The notes beneath the pieces are model-generated. The model was not told where the DNA came from. It did not search any database and was given only the letters and a program-made list of their open reading frames with translations. This document shows, piece by piece, positions 39,011 to 54,055 of a stretch of DNA of 64,000 bases. The DNA is from Octopus vulgaris (taxonomy: Eukaryota), in contig OX597828.1 in NCBI GenBank assembly GCA_951406725.2, positions 27,280,001 through 27,344,000 on the forward strand, in the 5' to 3' direction. The position numbers and the translations under genes are program-made. The number at the start of each line of letters is the position of its first letter. Within the stretch, counting starts at the first letter, position 1.

Positions 39011-39188
39011 TATATATTTGTGTGTGTATCTGTCTGTCTGTCTAATCTTTTTTCATGGTCCCTCACAATTTCACTCATTCTCTTTCTCTCCCTCTCTCTC
39101 TCAACTCTTTCCCAACTTCTTCTTAACTTTCCCTCTCTCTCTCTCTCTCTCTTAATTCTGTTACTCACAACTCTCCACCTTTGTATTC

Positions 39189-39221
<33 letters not shown>

Positions 39222-41319
39222 ACTCTCTCATCTCTCCTATTTTCTCTTCCTTTCTCTTTTCCTCTTTTTTATTCCACTTTCATTTCTTTCTCTCACAACT
39301 CCCTCTATCTCTCTGTCCTCTTTTATCCCTATTCCCGGGTGTTTGGGGAGGGGGTGGTTACGTTATATATATTCCTTCGATCCCACCCCAACCCCACACA
39401 TCTCACCAGCTCTCATTTTATTTTTAGCACCACCTTCTATTTTTTTCCCATTACTTTAAAAAAAATTTTTTAATCTCTGAAATTATTTCAATTTTGCCCT
39501 TCTTCTCTGTCCCACTCTCTCTCTCTCCCTCTCTCACTCTCACTCTTTCTTTCTTTCTCTCTCTCTCCCTTCTTTTCTATTTCTCTTCTAATTCTCTCCT
39601 ATGTACAATTATCTGTGTATTTCCTTCTATTCGTTACGCTCACACACAACTACCTTTTCTCTGTCTCTTTAACATTTACCTACACACACACACACACAGA
39701 CACACACACACACACATACACACACACACATGTATATAAATATTCTCTATATTTACATGTGTAAATATAGATGCACATGTGTCTATATATATATATATGT
39801 GTGTGTGTATGTTTGTGTGTGTATAGAGTACAACTCATGCCAACATGGAATACAGATGTTAAATGATATTTATGATAGATATGCATCTCTCTCTCTCTCC
39901 TCCTCACTCTCTCTTTCCCCCTCCTCCCTCTCTCTCATGTACTGTTCCATTGTCGGTAGAATCAACGGAACAATTGCAGAATAGCAGAATAGTGCATGCC
40001 CTGCTTAAGAATCCCATCTGATTACTGTCACATCTGAGCTTGGAACTTCTAATAGCATCCATGTGCTAATGGACGAAACTCTTGGAACTTGAGTCACTCT
40101 GTTATTTCTGCCAAATATTAGTAAAAAAAAAAAAAATACATATTTCCTGACATTTTGAATTCTAATTTTCATGCTTGCTTCAGCATACATAATATAGATA
40201 CATAGATATGTTTATATATGTATGTATATGGATATACAAATTTGTTTTGTATGTAATACGCAGTGGTGTGTCTCTATTTTTGCTCAACCCATTCATCTTA
40301 TAACACTCTCTGAATTGGGCTCTCTTTATATATTTATGCATCTGACATGGATTTTTAACGTATCTGTGTTTCTTTCTCTCTTTGCCTGACTTTAAATTTA
40401 CATTTACTTTTTTGTGTGTGTGTGTATGAATTTGTATACAACTAGAAGTACCAGTGCAACTGTGGAATTCAGTTATAGATATATTTTTTATATTTGTATA
40501 CTTTAAATGTTTATATACATTTACTTGGAAATTAGTACAAAATGAACGAATGACTGAGTGTGTGTGTGTGTGTGTAGTCCACTCTGCAGAGTGGTTGGTG
40601 TTAGGAAAGGCATCCAACTGTAAGAATCCCACCAAAACAATCACAGAAGCCTGGTGCAGGCTTCAACCTGGCCAGCTCTTGTGGTGCCGTCCCACCCATG
40701 CTAGCATGGAAGGCGGACCTTAAACAATGATGACACGAATATGGAAGGGTTGGTCAGTTTGACTGAACCCATCATTGGTGGTGCCGCAGCACAGCCACAG
40801 TCTAATGACTGGAACGCACAAAGGGTAAGAAGAGATGAAAATGTATAAACATATTGTTGTGTCTGGGGAGAGTCATTTTGTTTTAATGCCTTATTAATTT
40901 ACACATTAATTAACACCAGTTCAATTCCCACTCATTCACTTATTATTTAATTTCTTGTTTCTAAAATTTGTGTTCCTCCTTACAAATAAGGCATTAAAAC
41001 AGAATGGTCCCCACCCACCAGGTTCAACAAAATATATTTCAATACACAAATTCACATAAAGAATCTAGCAAACCAGATGCAAAAACACAATACATAAATA
41101 TATTTTATCCTTTACTTGTTTCAGTCATTGGACAGTGGCCATGCTGGAGCATTACCTTAAAGAGTTTCTGTTTCTACAAATTGACCCTATTTCACCTTCT
41201 CTTTAAAGTTTATCAATTCTTGTGGCATCACACATACAAACTCACAAACGCACACAAATATTACAGAAGCTGATTGGCAGTGTCAGTAGAGCGTCAGATA
41301 GCATACCTTGTGGTATTTA

Positions 41320-41445
41320 CATTATTTACAATTGACGGATATCTTGTTTGTTGTTGACACAATGTTTTGGCTGATATACTCTCCACCCTTCATCAGGTGT
41401 CTTGGGGAAACCTGGGTTCTCATTCCTAAGGTATTTTTCGATGTC

Positions 41446-41503
<58 letters not shown>

Positions 41504-41596
41504 TCACTGCCTGGAATCGAACTCAGAATCTTGGGGCTGGAGGGTATATCAGCCGAAACATTGTGTTAACAACAAACAAGATGAGGGCAAATATCC
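41320..41596 (-). mobile_element. Element with tRNA-like B-box, (TAA)n and minimal hammerhead, plus an inverted partial copy
   Basis: Minus: GAGTTCGATTCC (41513-41524), (TAA)n, GACAC-CTGATGA-AGGGTG..CAGCC-AAAAC-ATT-GTGTC (41356-41401); plus copy GGCTG..CAGCC-GAAAC-ATT-GTGTT at 41535-41567. Confidence 0.75.
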
Positions 41597-41735
41597 AGCC
41601 AATCGCCAAGGCTAGTCCAACCAATCGCCAAGGCTAGACTAGCCAATCGCGAAGGCTAGTCCAGCCAATCGCGAAGGCTAGTCCAGCCAATAGCCAAAGT
41701 TAGTTCAGCCAATAGCCAAGGCTAATCTAGCCAAT
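41597..41735 (+). repeat. 22-bp minisatellite (AGCCAATCGCCAAGGCTAGTCC) x about 6.3
   Basis: Seen directly; seven CCAAT pentamers at 22-bp spacing. Confidence 0.92.
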
Positions 41736-41789
41736 TTCTTTTTGTTTTTACCTTCTTGAGCCATGCCAATGCATAAGGGCCTATTTTCT

Positions 41790-41980
41790 CATTTCCATGG
41801 CTTATATCTTTGCCCCAGCTGGACGGGACGCCGGTCCATCGCAGGGTTACTCATATTTGTCATCTGAAATGTGAAATAAAGTGTTTTGCTCAAAAACTCA
41901 ATGCACCACCCAGTCCCGGAATTGAAACCATAATTTTATGATCATGAACCCATCACCCTGACCACTAAGCCACACATCTC
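41790..41980 (-). mobile_element. tRNA-headed CORE-like SINE
   Basis: Minus head gtgtggcttagtggtcaggg..ggtttcaattccgg, then ttgagcaaaacactttatttcaca; relatives near 16470 and 45695. Confidence 0.65.
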
Positions 41981-42109
41981 CACAACCCAGGGAACTGTGA
42001 CTCCTCAATTGAATTATGAGAGCAGATGCAGGATTGTGCTTTTGAAGATGAATGACAGTGATGATGGTGGTGGTGTTGGTGATGATGACGATGATGGTGT
42101 GTGTGCATA

Positions 42110-42445
42110 TAGAGGTGCATTTGTGGTTGTGTGGTAAGAAGTATGTTTCCCAACCACATGGTTCCAGGTTCAGTCCTACTTCATGGCACCTTGCACAAAT
42201 GTCTATTGTGACAGTCCCAATTGTGAATGAATTTGCTTGAGAGAAACTGAAAGAAGCCCATTGCGTATCTAGGTGTATGTGTCCTTGTGTTTGTGTTTCT
42301 CTCCCTCCATCACTTGACAGTTGGTGTCAGTTTGTTTACATCCCCATAACTTAATGGTTTGGCTGGGGTCGATAAGTTCAACTTAACCCTTGAAGGTGAT
42401 GCTCCAGCAAGGCCATAGTCCAATGACTGAAACATGTAAAAAGTT
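42110..42445 (+). mobile_element. SINE family A, diverged
   Basis: gtgtggtaagaag..ccaaccacatggttccaggttcagtcc head and gctccagcaaggccatagtccaatgactgaaaca tail. Confidence 0.75.
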
Positions 42446-42469
42446 AAAAAGCTAAAAAAAAACCTGTGT

Positions 42470-44520
<2,051 letters not shown>

Positions 44521-44962
44521 GTGTGAAGTGTCTATGTGGAAATATATTCATACAGGCACAGAGAAAGATGGTGAATGATTTGTGCTTGAATATGTTTAAA
44601 TATATATCTCCTTTGCATGTGTGTTTATGAATGAGAAAGAGAGAAAATAATTAGGTATGTGTTATGCTTACAATTGAGGATGTGCGTCGACCTGTGAGTC
44701 GATTTGATATATGTATATGTGTGGCGTCTGTATATACACACACATTCATACACACACTTATACAGCATTATATATGTTATTTTATCATATGCATATAAAA
44801 ATTCTTCTCTTGCGAGCATTAAATGAAAATAAATCACTCCTATGCATGCTTCGTTGTTTGAGCAGATTTCTCAGTATGCAAGGGTCTAACTTTTGTTTAT
44901 ATATGTACATATACGCCATACACAAAAACAAACGTTATATCTCAATTTATCTATCTATATAT

Positions 44963-44998
<36 letters not shown>

Positions 44999-45059
44999 GC
45001 CATGATATATCGTTAGCTTCTACATGCATTTTTTCTCTTTCCTTTTTTTTCTCTCCTTG

Positions 45060-45215
45060 TATTTTTTTCTGTGTATCTTTCTGTCGACGAGCGTAGGCTC
45101 GAAATGTAAAAAGACTTGTTCTATTTCTATTCCTGAGCGCCATACTAATACATTTGTTTGTTTGTACTCCACCTGCCTTCGTCTTTTGTTTATTTTCGTA
45201 AACCTTCCCGTTATA
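45060..45215 (+). mobile_element. Short repeat with an HHR-like motif; second copy at 63410-63545 (minus)
   Basis: ctttctg-TCGACGA-GCGTAGGCTC-GAAAT-GTA-AAAAGAC; shares downstream ctaatacatttg..acctg.cttcgtcttttgtt with the other copy. Confidence 0.6.
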
Positions 45216-45512
45216 TATATATAGTTGTATAAGTATGTGTCTACTTATATGCGTGTTAATATTCACACACAGTGACATATGTATTTAGACTGTCGTAGAC
45301 AAACACTTTACTTTTCCTTGTATCTTTCTCATATTTCTTTAACTTTCTGCTTTTGTACTCTCCCCTCCTCCTACACATACACATGTAAGAACAGCCACAC
45401 ACATTTTTCCTTATTCACTGGTTTCAGTCATTGGACTACAGCCATTTGAGAGGGGCGTATTTCTTGCAAGGAATACAGTCAATCAAACTGTTCCCCATAA
45501 TCATTTTATCAA

Positions 45513-45676
45513 TACCTATTTCTTTATTACCCACAAGGGGCTAAACATAGAGGGGACAAACAAGGACAGACATAGGTATTAAGTCGATTACATTGACCCC
45601 AGTGCGTAACTGGTACTTAATTTATCAGCCCCAAAAGCATGAAAGGCAAAGTCGACCTCGGCGGAATTTGAACTCA
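45513..45676 (-). mobile_element. SINE family B, 5'-truncated
   Basis: Reverse complement of the family B core and tail. Confidence 0.85.
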
Positions 45677-46272
45677 CCTATTTGTTATTCCTTGAGGATG
45701 TGCGGTCTAGTGGTTAGAGTGTTGCACTCACAGTTGTAAGATTGTGATTTCAAATCCTGGACTGGATAGCGTGTTTTATTCTTGGGCAAAAATACTTCAT
45801 TTTAGAGTTCTCTGGAATCACTTTGACATTTGACATCTAACATATGGAACCCCTGAACTGGTAATGTTGATTTGATTGAGGGATTAGGTTTATGTGCAGC
45901 ACAAACATTTGATCCCTTTAAACAAATCATCGGCTGGTTGGTTTTGCAAGAAATTGCAGAATCATGTTTCTTGGAGCTGAGAGACTTCAAAGCAGTTCAG
46001 GTCACATGGTGGTGTCAGTAGATAGATAGATAACTGCTAGGTTTTGTGGCATGGGAAACTTCTCTGAGGCAACAAAACAGAGTGGTTTCTTTTGCTATCA
46101 TTGGAAATGCCAATCAAATTCCAGCGAAATTTCTTTTTTTCATTTCTTTTATTCACACTCTAAATGATAATAACAAAAATATATATATATATCCAGCTAT
46201 CTTGTATACTATTGGTTAAATGGTAGCCCCATTGTTATTAATAAACACACTAATATAAACACCCCACACAAC

Positions 46273-46676
46273 AGGCGCAGGAGTGGCTGTGTGGTAAGTA
46301 GCTTGTTTACCAACCACATGGTTCTGGGTTCAGTCCCACTGCGTGGCACCTTGGGCAAGAGTCTTCTACTATAGCCTCGGGCCGACCAAAGCCTTGTGAG
46401 TGGATTTGGTAGACGGAAACTGAAAGAAGCCCATCGTATATATGTATATATATATATGCGTGTGTGTGTGTTTGTGTGTCTGTGTTTGTCCCCCTAGCAT
46501 TGCTTGACAACCGATGCTGGTGTGTTTATGTCCCCGTTACTTAGCGGTTTGGCAAAAAGAGACCGATAGAATACGTACTGGGCTTACAAAAGAATAAGTC
46601 TCGGGGTCGAGTTGCTCGATTAAAGGCGGTGCTCCAGCATGGTCGCAGTCAAATGACTGAAACAAGTAAAAGAGTA
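46273..46676 (+). mobile_element. SINE family A, intact reference copy
   Basis: A-box TGGCTGTGTGG, B-box GGTTCAGTCCC, CORE-like CACCTTGGGCAAG, internal (TA)(TG) tract, aagtaaaagagta tail. Confidence 0.92.
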
Positions 46677-47467
46677 ACACTCTCACACACATTACCATCT
46701 AATAGTTTAAAATTAAGCAAATAGGGAGTTCTGCTGATGGCAGCAGTATGAAACTCCAGCCTTCTTCTTTAAAGATACAGTGGGCTATTTTAAAAATTAC
46801 AGCTTCTCTTAGAGAGAGACAAAGATAGTGGTAACATACTCCGGGTAAATAAGGAGTGGCTTTGTTGAATATATTACAAATAGCACTTGGAGAGTAACTT
46901 TCTTTGCCCTAAAATTTCATCATATATTAGATAGGAATGTAGAGTTTTCCCTGTTGTCTCTGCACCAGGAGGAGTACATGAACTGAAGGAACTTGCTCTT
47001 GAATTCATTGGTTGTGAGTTCTTTGTAATTGCTTGGGATATTTTCAGTGGGGGTGAGGAGTACCTTTTAAATCCCTGTAACCAGCAGGTGAATCGATGTG
47101 GGCTGTCGCAGGTAGGCACTTAGATTTGAGCCTGCCGTGGAGTGTTTAATGGAAGCAAGACATGCTTATTGCGTCGGTGTTGTCTCCCATGTGACAACTG
47201 CTACAGCATCCAGTTGTTGTTCGACTGGGACTTCATTACATGACCTGCTGTGATTAATAAATGAGATGGATTTTATACAGTATTTAAGGACAAATAATCT
47301 TTTCTTATACAACTTTTTACTGTCTCACTGTTTACATCACTAGCATTTTACATATGTGGAACTTTGACTAATGCAGATTTAACCAATAAACTCTCATATA
47401 TCTCTCCTTCACATCATAGGCAGAGTACTCTTTTCCTTTCATTTGTACAACTATATGTGTGCATATT

Positions 47468-47697
47468 AAGGCGGCGAGCTGGCAGAACCGTTAGCATGCC
47501 AGATGAAATGCGTAGCCGTATTTCGTCTGCCGTTACGTTCTGGGTTCAAGTTCCGCCGAGGTCGACTTTGCCTTTCATCCTTTCGGGGTCGATAAATTAA
47601 GTACCAGTTACACACTGGGGTCGATGTAATCAACTCAATCCCTTTGTCTGTCCTTGTTTGTCCCGTCTGTGTTTAGCCCCTTGTGGGTGGTAAAGAC
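47468..47697 (+). mobile_element. SINE family B, intact
   Basis: aaggcggcgagctggcagaa head through agccccttgtggg tail. Confidence 0.9.
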
Positions 47698-47741
47698 ATA
47701 TATATGTGTGCATGTGTATATTTGTGTGTGTGTACATATAT

Positions 47742-47907
47742 AGGCGCAGGAGTGGCTGTGTGGTAAGTAGCTTGTTTATCAACCACATGGTTCCGGGTTC
47801 AGTCCCACTGTGTGGCATCTTGGGCAAATGTCTTCTACTATTGCCTCCGGCCAACCAAAGCCTTGTGAGTGGATTTGGTAGACGGAAACTGAAAGAAGCC
47901 CGTCGTA

Positions 47908-47948
<41 letters not shown>

Positions 47949-48115
47949 TTGTGTATCTGTGTTTGTCCCCCTAGCATTGCTTGACAACCGATCCTTAAGA
48001 GACTGATAGAATAAGTACTGGGCTTACAAAAGAATAAGTCCCGAGGTCGATTTGCTCGACTAAAGGCGGTGCTCCAGCATGGCCGCAGTCAAATGACTGA
48101 AACAAGCAAAGAGTA
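47742..48115 (+). mobile_element. SINE family A, young copy with an internal deletion
   Basis: Near-identical to 46273-46676 but lacks the gctggtgtgtttatgtcccc segment. Confidence 0.9.
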
Positions 48116-48736
48116 TATGCACATAGGAACTGTATAGTGCAGGCACTGGTAATAGGCTTTTGCAGTTTCCATTTACTAAATTCTTCTCACAAGTTATTAC
48201 CCATCCCAGATTACTGCAATGGAATATTATCCAAGATGCCATGCTGTAGGATTGATCTCAGAGCCATGAGAATAGTATTGCTTTTATTTGTTTGTGTTGG
48301 CACTCAAATACAGTGTAAGGTACACACACAAATCTTTTCAGACCCTTGATGTCCTAAACAATAAGGTATTGGACGACAACAGAAGTTATCAGCTTCTACC
48401 CGGGAAGAGGTCCTGTGTTCCATAAGACAAAATACTTAGCCCCTGAAGTGTTGTGGACCACTCAACTGAAAACTAATACCACAAGGTATGAAGAACACGC
48501 TGCTGTAAGCTCTCTCTATCTCTTCATATATATTATCATTTGCATGTTGTATTGCTAGATTTCTGTATTCCCAATTCTCCAGTTACATTGCAGAACTGCT
48601 GCAATGACATACCGGAACCAGCTCCCTGTGCCCATACAGTTTCATTGCCCATTGCGTGTTCTAAAGCATCAACCATGTTTGAGTGTCAATATGCTCAGAT
48701 CTTGAATGATGACAATGCACTACAGAAATAACAACA

Positions 48737-48830
48737 CATGCATAGCTGTACTCAGATGCATAGCCGTACTCACATGCATAGCTGTACTCACATGTATACC
48801 CATACTTGCATGCATACATATGCTTGCATG
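48737..48830. repeat. 18-bp minisatellite (CATGCATAGCTGTACTCA) x about 5
   Basis: Seen directly; decays to the right. Confidence 0.8.
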
Positions 48831-49357
48831 CCAAACCGTTAAGTTGCGTAGACATCAATGAACCAACACTGGTTATCAAGTGATTGGGGTAAACAAGGAC
48901 ACATGCACACACACCACACACACACATAAATGCATACACACAGAATAAGCTCTCACACAGTTAGCTTCTATTATAACTCTGTTGACCCAGAGTTATAATA
49001 GAAGATACTGACCTAAAGTGCTGTGCAGTGGGACTGAACCTGAAACCACCTGGTTATAAAATGAAAGAAATCATTATTATAAACATTTCTGAAGTGGTGA
49101 GCTGGTAGAATCATTAGCACGCCAGACAAAATGCCATGCCACATTTTGTCCGTCTTTACATTCTGAGTTCAAATTCCACCAAGGTCAGTTTTGCCTTTCA
49201 TCCTTTTGGGGTTAATTAAATAAGTACCAGTTGCATACTGGGGTCAATAATGAGAATGGTTTACCCCTGTTCTTGAAATTACTTATCTTGTACTAAAATT
49301 GAAAGCCATTATTATCAAGACTTCTAAAAAAAAAAATGAAATTTCAAATTGAAATGT

Positions 49358-49593
49358 TTAATCTTTTTGTTAAAATGCACTGCTTTTGTTTCAAGGAAAT
49401 TTGTAAAGAATGAAGAATTTCGTGAAATAACTTTGTCGTTATTAGGCTGATGTTGGCACGGAAACTGAATAGAAATTTTGTTTGATGGTTTTTTTTTTAT
49501 TTAAACTACTTATGTAAAAATAAACAAACATTAAGTCTGTATGTATCGTAGAACTAAAGATGGTTGGAGGCAGGTTAGTATCAAAAGGGTTAA
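49358..49593. mobile_element. Second piggyBac-like MITE family (related to 60870-61137)
   Basis: Ends in AAAGGG-TTAA; internal similarity to the reverse complement of 60870-61137. Confidence 0.55.
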
Positions 49594-49757
49594 CCAAAGT
49601 CAAATACAAACACTTAATGCCAAATATTTGAAAGAATATGTTAACAAAAAAAGATATATTTGGATTTTGAATGAAGAGCTTATAAACAGCAATGTTCAAA
49701 ATAACATTCGTTTCATCCCAATTGTTACTGGTTCAACTATACATATATCCATACATG

Positions 49758-49814
<57 letters not shown>

Positions 49815-49899
49815 ATACATATATATATACATATATATATATATATAGATATGTATATATATATATACATATGTGTGTGTGTGTGTATATATAGATATG

Positions 49900-49953
<54 letters not shown>

Positions 49954-50121
49954 TACATACAGTCCACTTCAGCAAAAGGATATTTCAATGGTAGTGCCAG
50001 GGCAAAGAGTACAAGTATCTCATTCTTAAAAATCATATGTGCCTATGAATCTTATAATAATACTCGTTTGTTATTCATGTAAAATCATACTGTACACAAT
50101 GCTTGCTACAAAATTGTATGC

Positions 50122-50175
<54 letters not shown>

Positions 50176-51581
50176 ATGATGATATTGTGAAATATAAAAA
50201 AAAAGTTATACAGAATTCAATATATATTTATAGCATGTAATTTCTTTTGTTTATAGATCTTGCATGTATAATTATGTGAAATATACAAACCAAATTTTTA
50301 ACTGAACTCTCTCTCTCTCTCTTTCCTCACTCACTCACTCTCACTGTCTTTTCCTTTACCTCTTTTTCTCTACCTCTCTTTCTCTCTCTCTCTCTCTCAC
50401 TCGGTTTTCCTCTTTTGCTTGCAAATGTGCTTCATATCTATAGACATACAAATCTATCCATCAAGCTATCTGTTGGTCTATCTATCTATCTATCTGTCTG
50501 TCTATCTGTGTTTCTGTCTGCCTCTCTGTCTGTTTGTCTTTTTTTATCTACATTTCACAGCTATATCAATTCATTTAAATAAATAGAAATAAATATTGAC
50601 ACAGGAATTGGAAATTCATTCAGCACAACCGACAGATTCCGACAACATGTAAAGTTGACAACACCTTGTTGTGGACCACCTTTCCTCTAATTAATATACA
50701 GGTGCACATGTGACTGTCTAGTCAGAAGTTTGTTTCCCAGCCACATGGATTTAGGGTTCAGTCCTGCTGTGTAGCACTTTGGACAAGTATATTCTGCTAT
50801 TGCTCTAGGCCAACCTAAGCCTTGCGAGTGATTTTGTAGATGGAAACTAAAAGAAACCCAGCATGTGTGTGTGTGTGTGTGTATATTTGTGCATGTGTAT
50901 AAATGTATGTGTGTATATGTATGTGCATGTGTCCCTTTATGTATGTATTTGTGTTACTGTCTGGTTGCTTCGACCTCACATGATAGTTGTAAATGAGTGC
51001 CACTGTTATGAAAGTGGTGTCTTTCATTTTGAATTTTCTGGGACATGCCTGGAAAGAAGTGGAGGTTGGTGACAGGAAGCACATCCAATTGTAGAAATTC
51101 TGCCTCAATAAATTTCTGTTCAAGCCATGTGAACATGGAGAAGTGGACATGAAAACAATAATTATGATATACAAAATATATATACACCTTCTTCTTATTA
51201 ATTCTTCAGATCCACATAGTGCATAGAATGCCAACAACAGATCTTCATCTGTCTTGATCTCTGGCAATGGATAGCAGTTGTTCCCCAGTGTAGCCGACTG
51301 CAAATGTTTCATTTTGTGTAGGCCTTCTCACACTGTTTCTGGTTTGGACACCTCAAGGGAGATGCAGCTATGGCGGACCAAGAAAACATTGATACTTACT
51401 CGTATTTAATTATATTCTGTTAAGTTTCTGAAATCAAATCCCTCCAGAGTTTGTTTGTCTTTCATCTGCCCCGATCAATAAAATTGAAACAAAATGAAAT
51501 TAAATATTAAGAAGAAAATGTATTTGGCATATTATATTTGGCATATTGTATTTAATGTCTTAGAGGGAATAAGTTTTAAGT

Positions 51582-51751
51582 AGGTATGGCTGTGTGATAA
51601 GAAGTCTGTTTCCCAATCACATGGTTCTGGGTTCAGTTCCACTGCATGGCACCTTGGGCATATATGTTCTTTTACAGCCTTGTGCCAACCAAAGCCTTGT
51701 GAGTGGATTTGATATAAAAACTGAAAGAAGTCATCATATATAATTACATAC

Positions 51752-51787
<36 letters not shown>

Positions 51788-52005
51788 CGGTTTGTCCTTG
51801 TGTTTGGCCTCCACCACTGCTTGACAAACTGTGTTGGTTTGTTTACATTCCTGTAACATAGCAGTTCAGTAAAAGTGACTGATAGAATAAGTACCATGCT
51901 TTAAAAGAAAAAAAAAATACTGGGCTCGATTCATCCAACTAAAGTCCTTCAAGGTAGTGCTCCAGTGTGGCCAGTGTCCATTGACTGGAATGAATAAAAG
52001 ATAAA
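51582..52005 (+). mobile_element. SINE family A, full-length diverged
   Basis: Colinear with 46273-46676. Confidence 0.85.
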
Positions 52006-53360
52006 GGAAAACTTGTGTGTCCTTTTCAATGAAATTTAACACCGAAATGAGAAACAAGTTTAGAAAAGCAGAAGCAAGCATCTGTGAAACTCTTTATTTA
52101 ATGCCTGGGACTGACCCTGAGTGTCCATCTCCTTTGTCGCTACAAGGGTTTGACCAAGCTAAATGCTTAGCAGTATTTCGTCCAATTTTACAATCTGAAT
52201 TCAAATTCTGGTGATTTTGACTTTGCTTTTGAAACTGTGTGGAAGCCTGTTATATTTATGTGTAAGTGTGTGTGTGTGTGTGTCTTTGTGCTTGCATTTA
52301 TTGCCCCCACTTCTTGACAACCAGCATTGGTTTGTTTATGTCCTCATAACTTAGTGGTTTGGCAAAGGAGTACCAATCTTTAGAAGATACATAATGGGGT
52401 CAATTTGTTCCACTAAACACTTCAAAGCAGTGCTCCTGCATGGCCACAGTCCAATGGCTAAAACTAATTAAAGCTAAGCAATACGTTTGTGTCTTTAAGA
52501 AATTGTGCTCACCACCTTCAACTAATTTACAGAGCCTTTTCCTTAAAACAACTCAACCATTTGTCTTTTGAAAGAACCTTTCCCAATGATGGAAATCACA
52601 TTTCCATACATCTCCAAAGGATTTCTACACTAGATGCATAAAGGTATAAATTCCTCTGGCTGATTGATATTTAAAGGAAGAACTTGGAAGCTTCTGCCAT
52701 CATAAATGCATTCTAATTTAGTTTGCTTGCTGGAGGGTCAATAAATTAGGTTTAATTGGACAGGCAAAGATTTTAAGAAGTCGTTAGGACATTTTGAAAT
52801 AAAATTTAGCGTATTTTTTTTTCTGTTTCTTTTCTATTTCTTTTTTTCTTTGCTTTTAGAACTAAATATATTTATAGAATCCCAAATTTAGCTAGTCATC
52901 ATAATTCAACTAATGTCACAGAAGTACAAATTACATTGTTGTTATGACGATTCATTGAATTAAGGCAATCAGTATCTTTGTTTAGCAAGGAATCAAGGCA
53001 AGTGCAGCTAAACCATTCCCATCAAGGGCCACATGTTATTGGATATCATTGAAAATATTGCCTCAGGTAAACAGGTAAGCAATCACAAGTCATGCTCATC
53101 ACACACACACACACACGTTTGTTTTATATTATAATAATAAAAACAATTTTACATTAAGCTAAAGGATTACTCAATACTTGTGGTAGAGTACAAATTTATT
53201 GTTCTTTAACAAGAATTCTATTTATAATAACTCTGAAGTTTCATCCAGTTCATCCATCATCGGACTCTATGGTTGCAGTTTATGGTCATAGGTTTATATA
53301 GTGAGATATCGCAGCTAAATCGAAGCAACATTTCCCTGGTTTTGCTTTTGTAAATAAAGG

Positions 53361-53587
53361 TTAAGCCTTCAGCATCCAGATTTTTCTGTCAAATGTAATA
53401 CTTATTTATTCAAATTGTTTTAAGTTAATCATGCGTACCTTGTAGGTTTGAAATTACAATGATATAACTACTTATTTTTAGAATGACGTTGTAGGGCTAG
53501 TGTGAGATGCCAGATCTGGTTATTTTGAGAAAAAGGAGGTAGAAAATTTTGCACAGGGTATGGCTGGTTTGAATGCTAATGGGTAAA
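53361..53587. mobile_element. piggyBac-like MITE (family of 10108-10328, opposite orientation)
   Basis: gtgtgaga.gccagatctgg and tatggctggtttgaatgctaatggg match the reverse complement of 10108-10200. Confidence 0.7.
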
Positions 53588-53651
53588 AACCACTATGAAT
53601 GATATTCAGAGACATAAAGATAGTTGCTCTATAACGTTGGAAGAACAGGTA

Positions 53652-54055
53652 TACTCTTACTCTTTTAGTTGTTTCAGTCATTTGACTGTGGCCATGCTGG
53701 AGCACTGCCTTTAATCGAACAACTCGACCCCAGGACTTATTCTTTTGTAAGCCCAGTACTTATTCTATCGGTCTCTTTTGCTGAACCACTAAGTAACGGG
53801 GACATAAACACACCAGCATCAGTTGTCAAGCAATGCTAAGGGGACAAACACAAGCACACACACATGCAATATATATATATATATATATATATATACGACA
53901 GGCTTCTTTCAGTTTCCGTCTACCAAATCCACTCACAAGGCTTTGGTCGGCCCGAGGCTATAGTAGAAGACACTTGCCCAAGGTGCCACGCAGTGGGACT
54001 GAACCCAGAACCATGTGGTTGGTAGACAAGCTACTTACCACACAGCCACTCCTGC
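53652..54055 (-). mobile_element. SINE family A, young antisense copy
   Basis: Reverse complement of 46273-46676 with few differences. Confidence 0.92.

Noticed and set aside
40048-40090. TCCAT/ATGGA hairpin followed by CGAAAC
   Set aside because: The upstream core reads CTAATAG and there is no NUH triplet or stem I
41597-41735. CRISPR-like periodic array
   Set aside because: Contiguous tandem units without unique spacers; eukaryotic context and no cas genes
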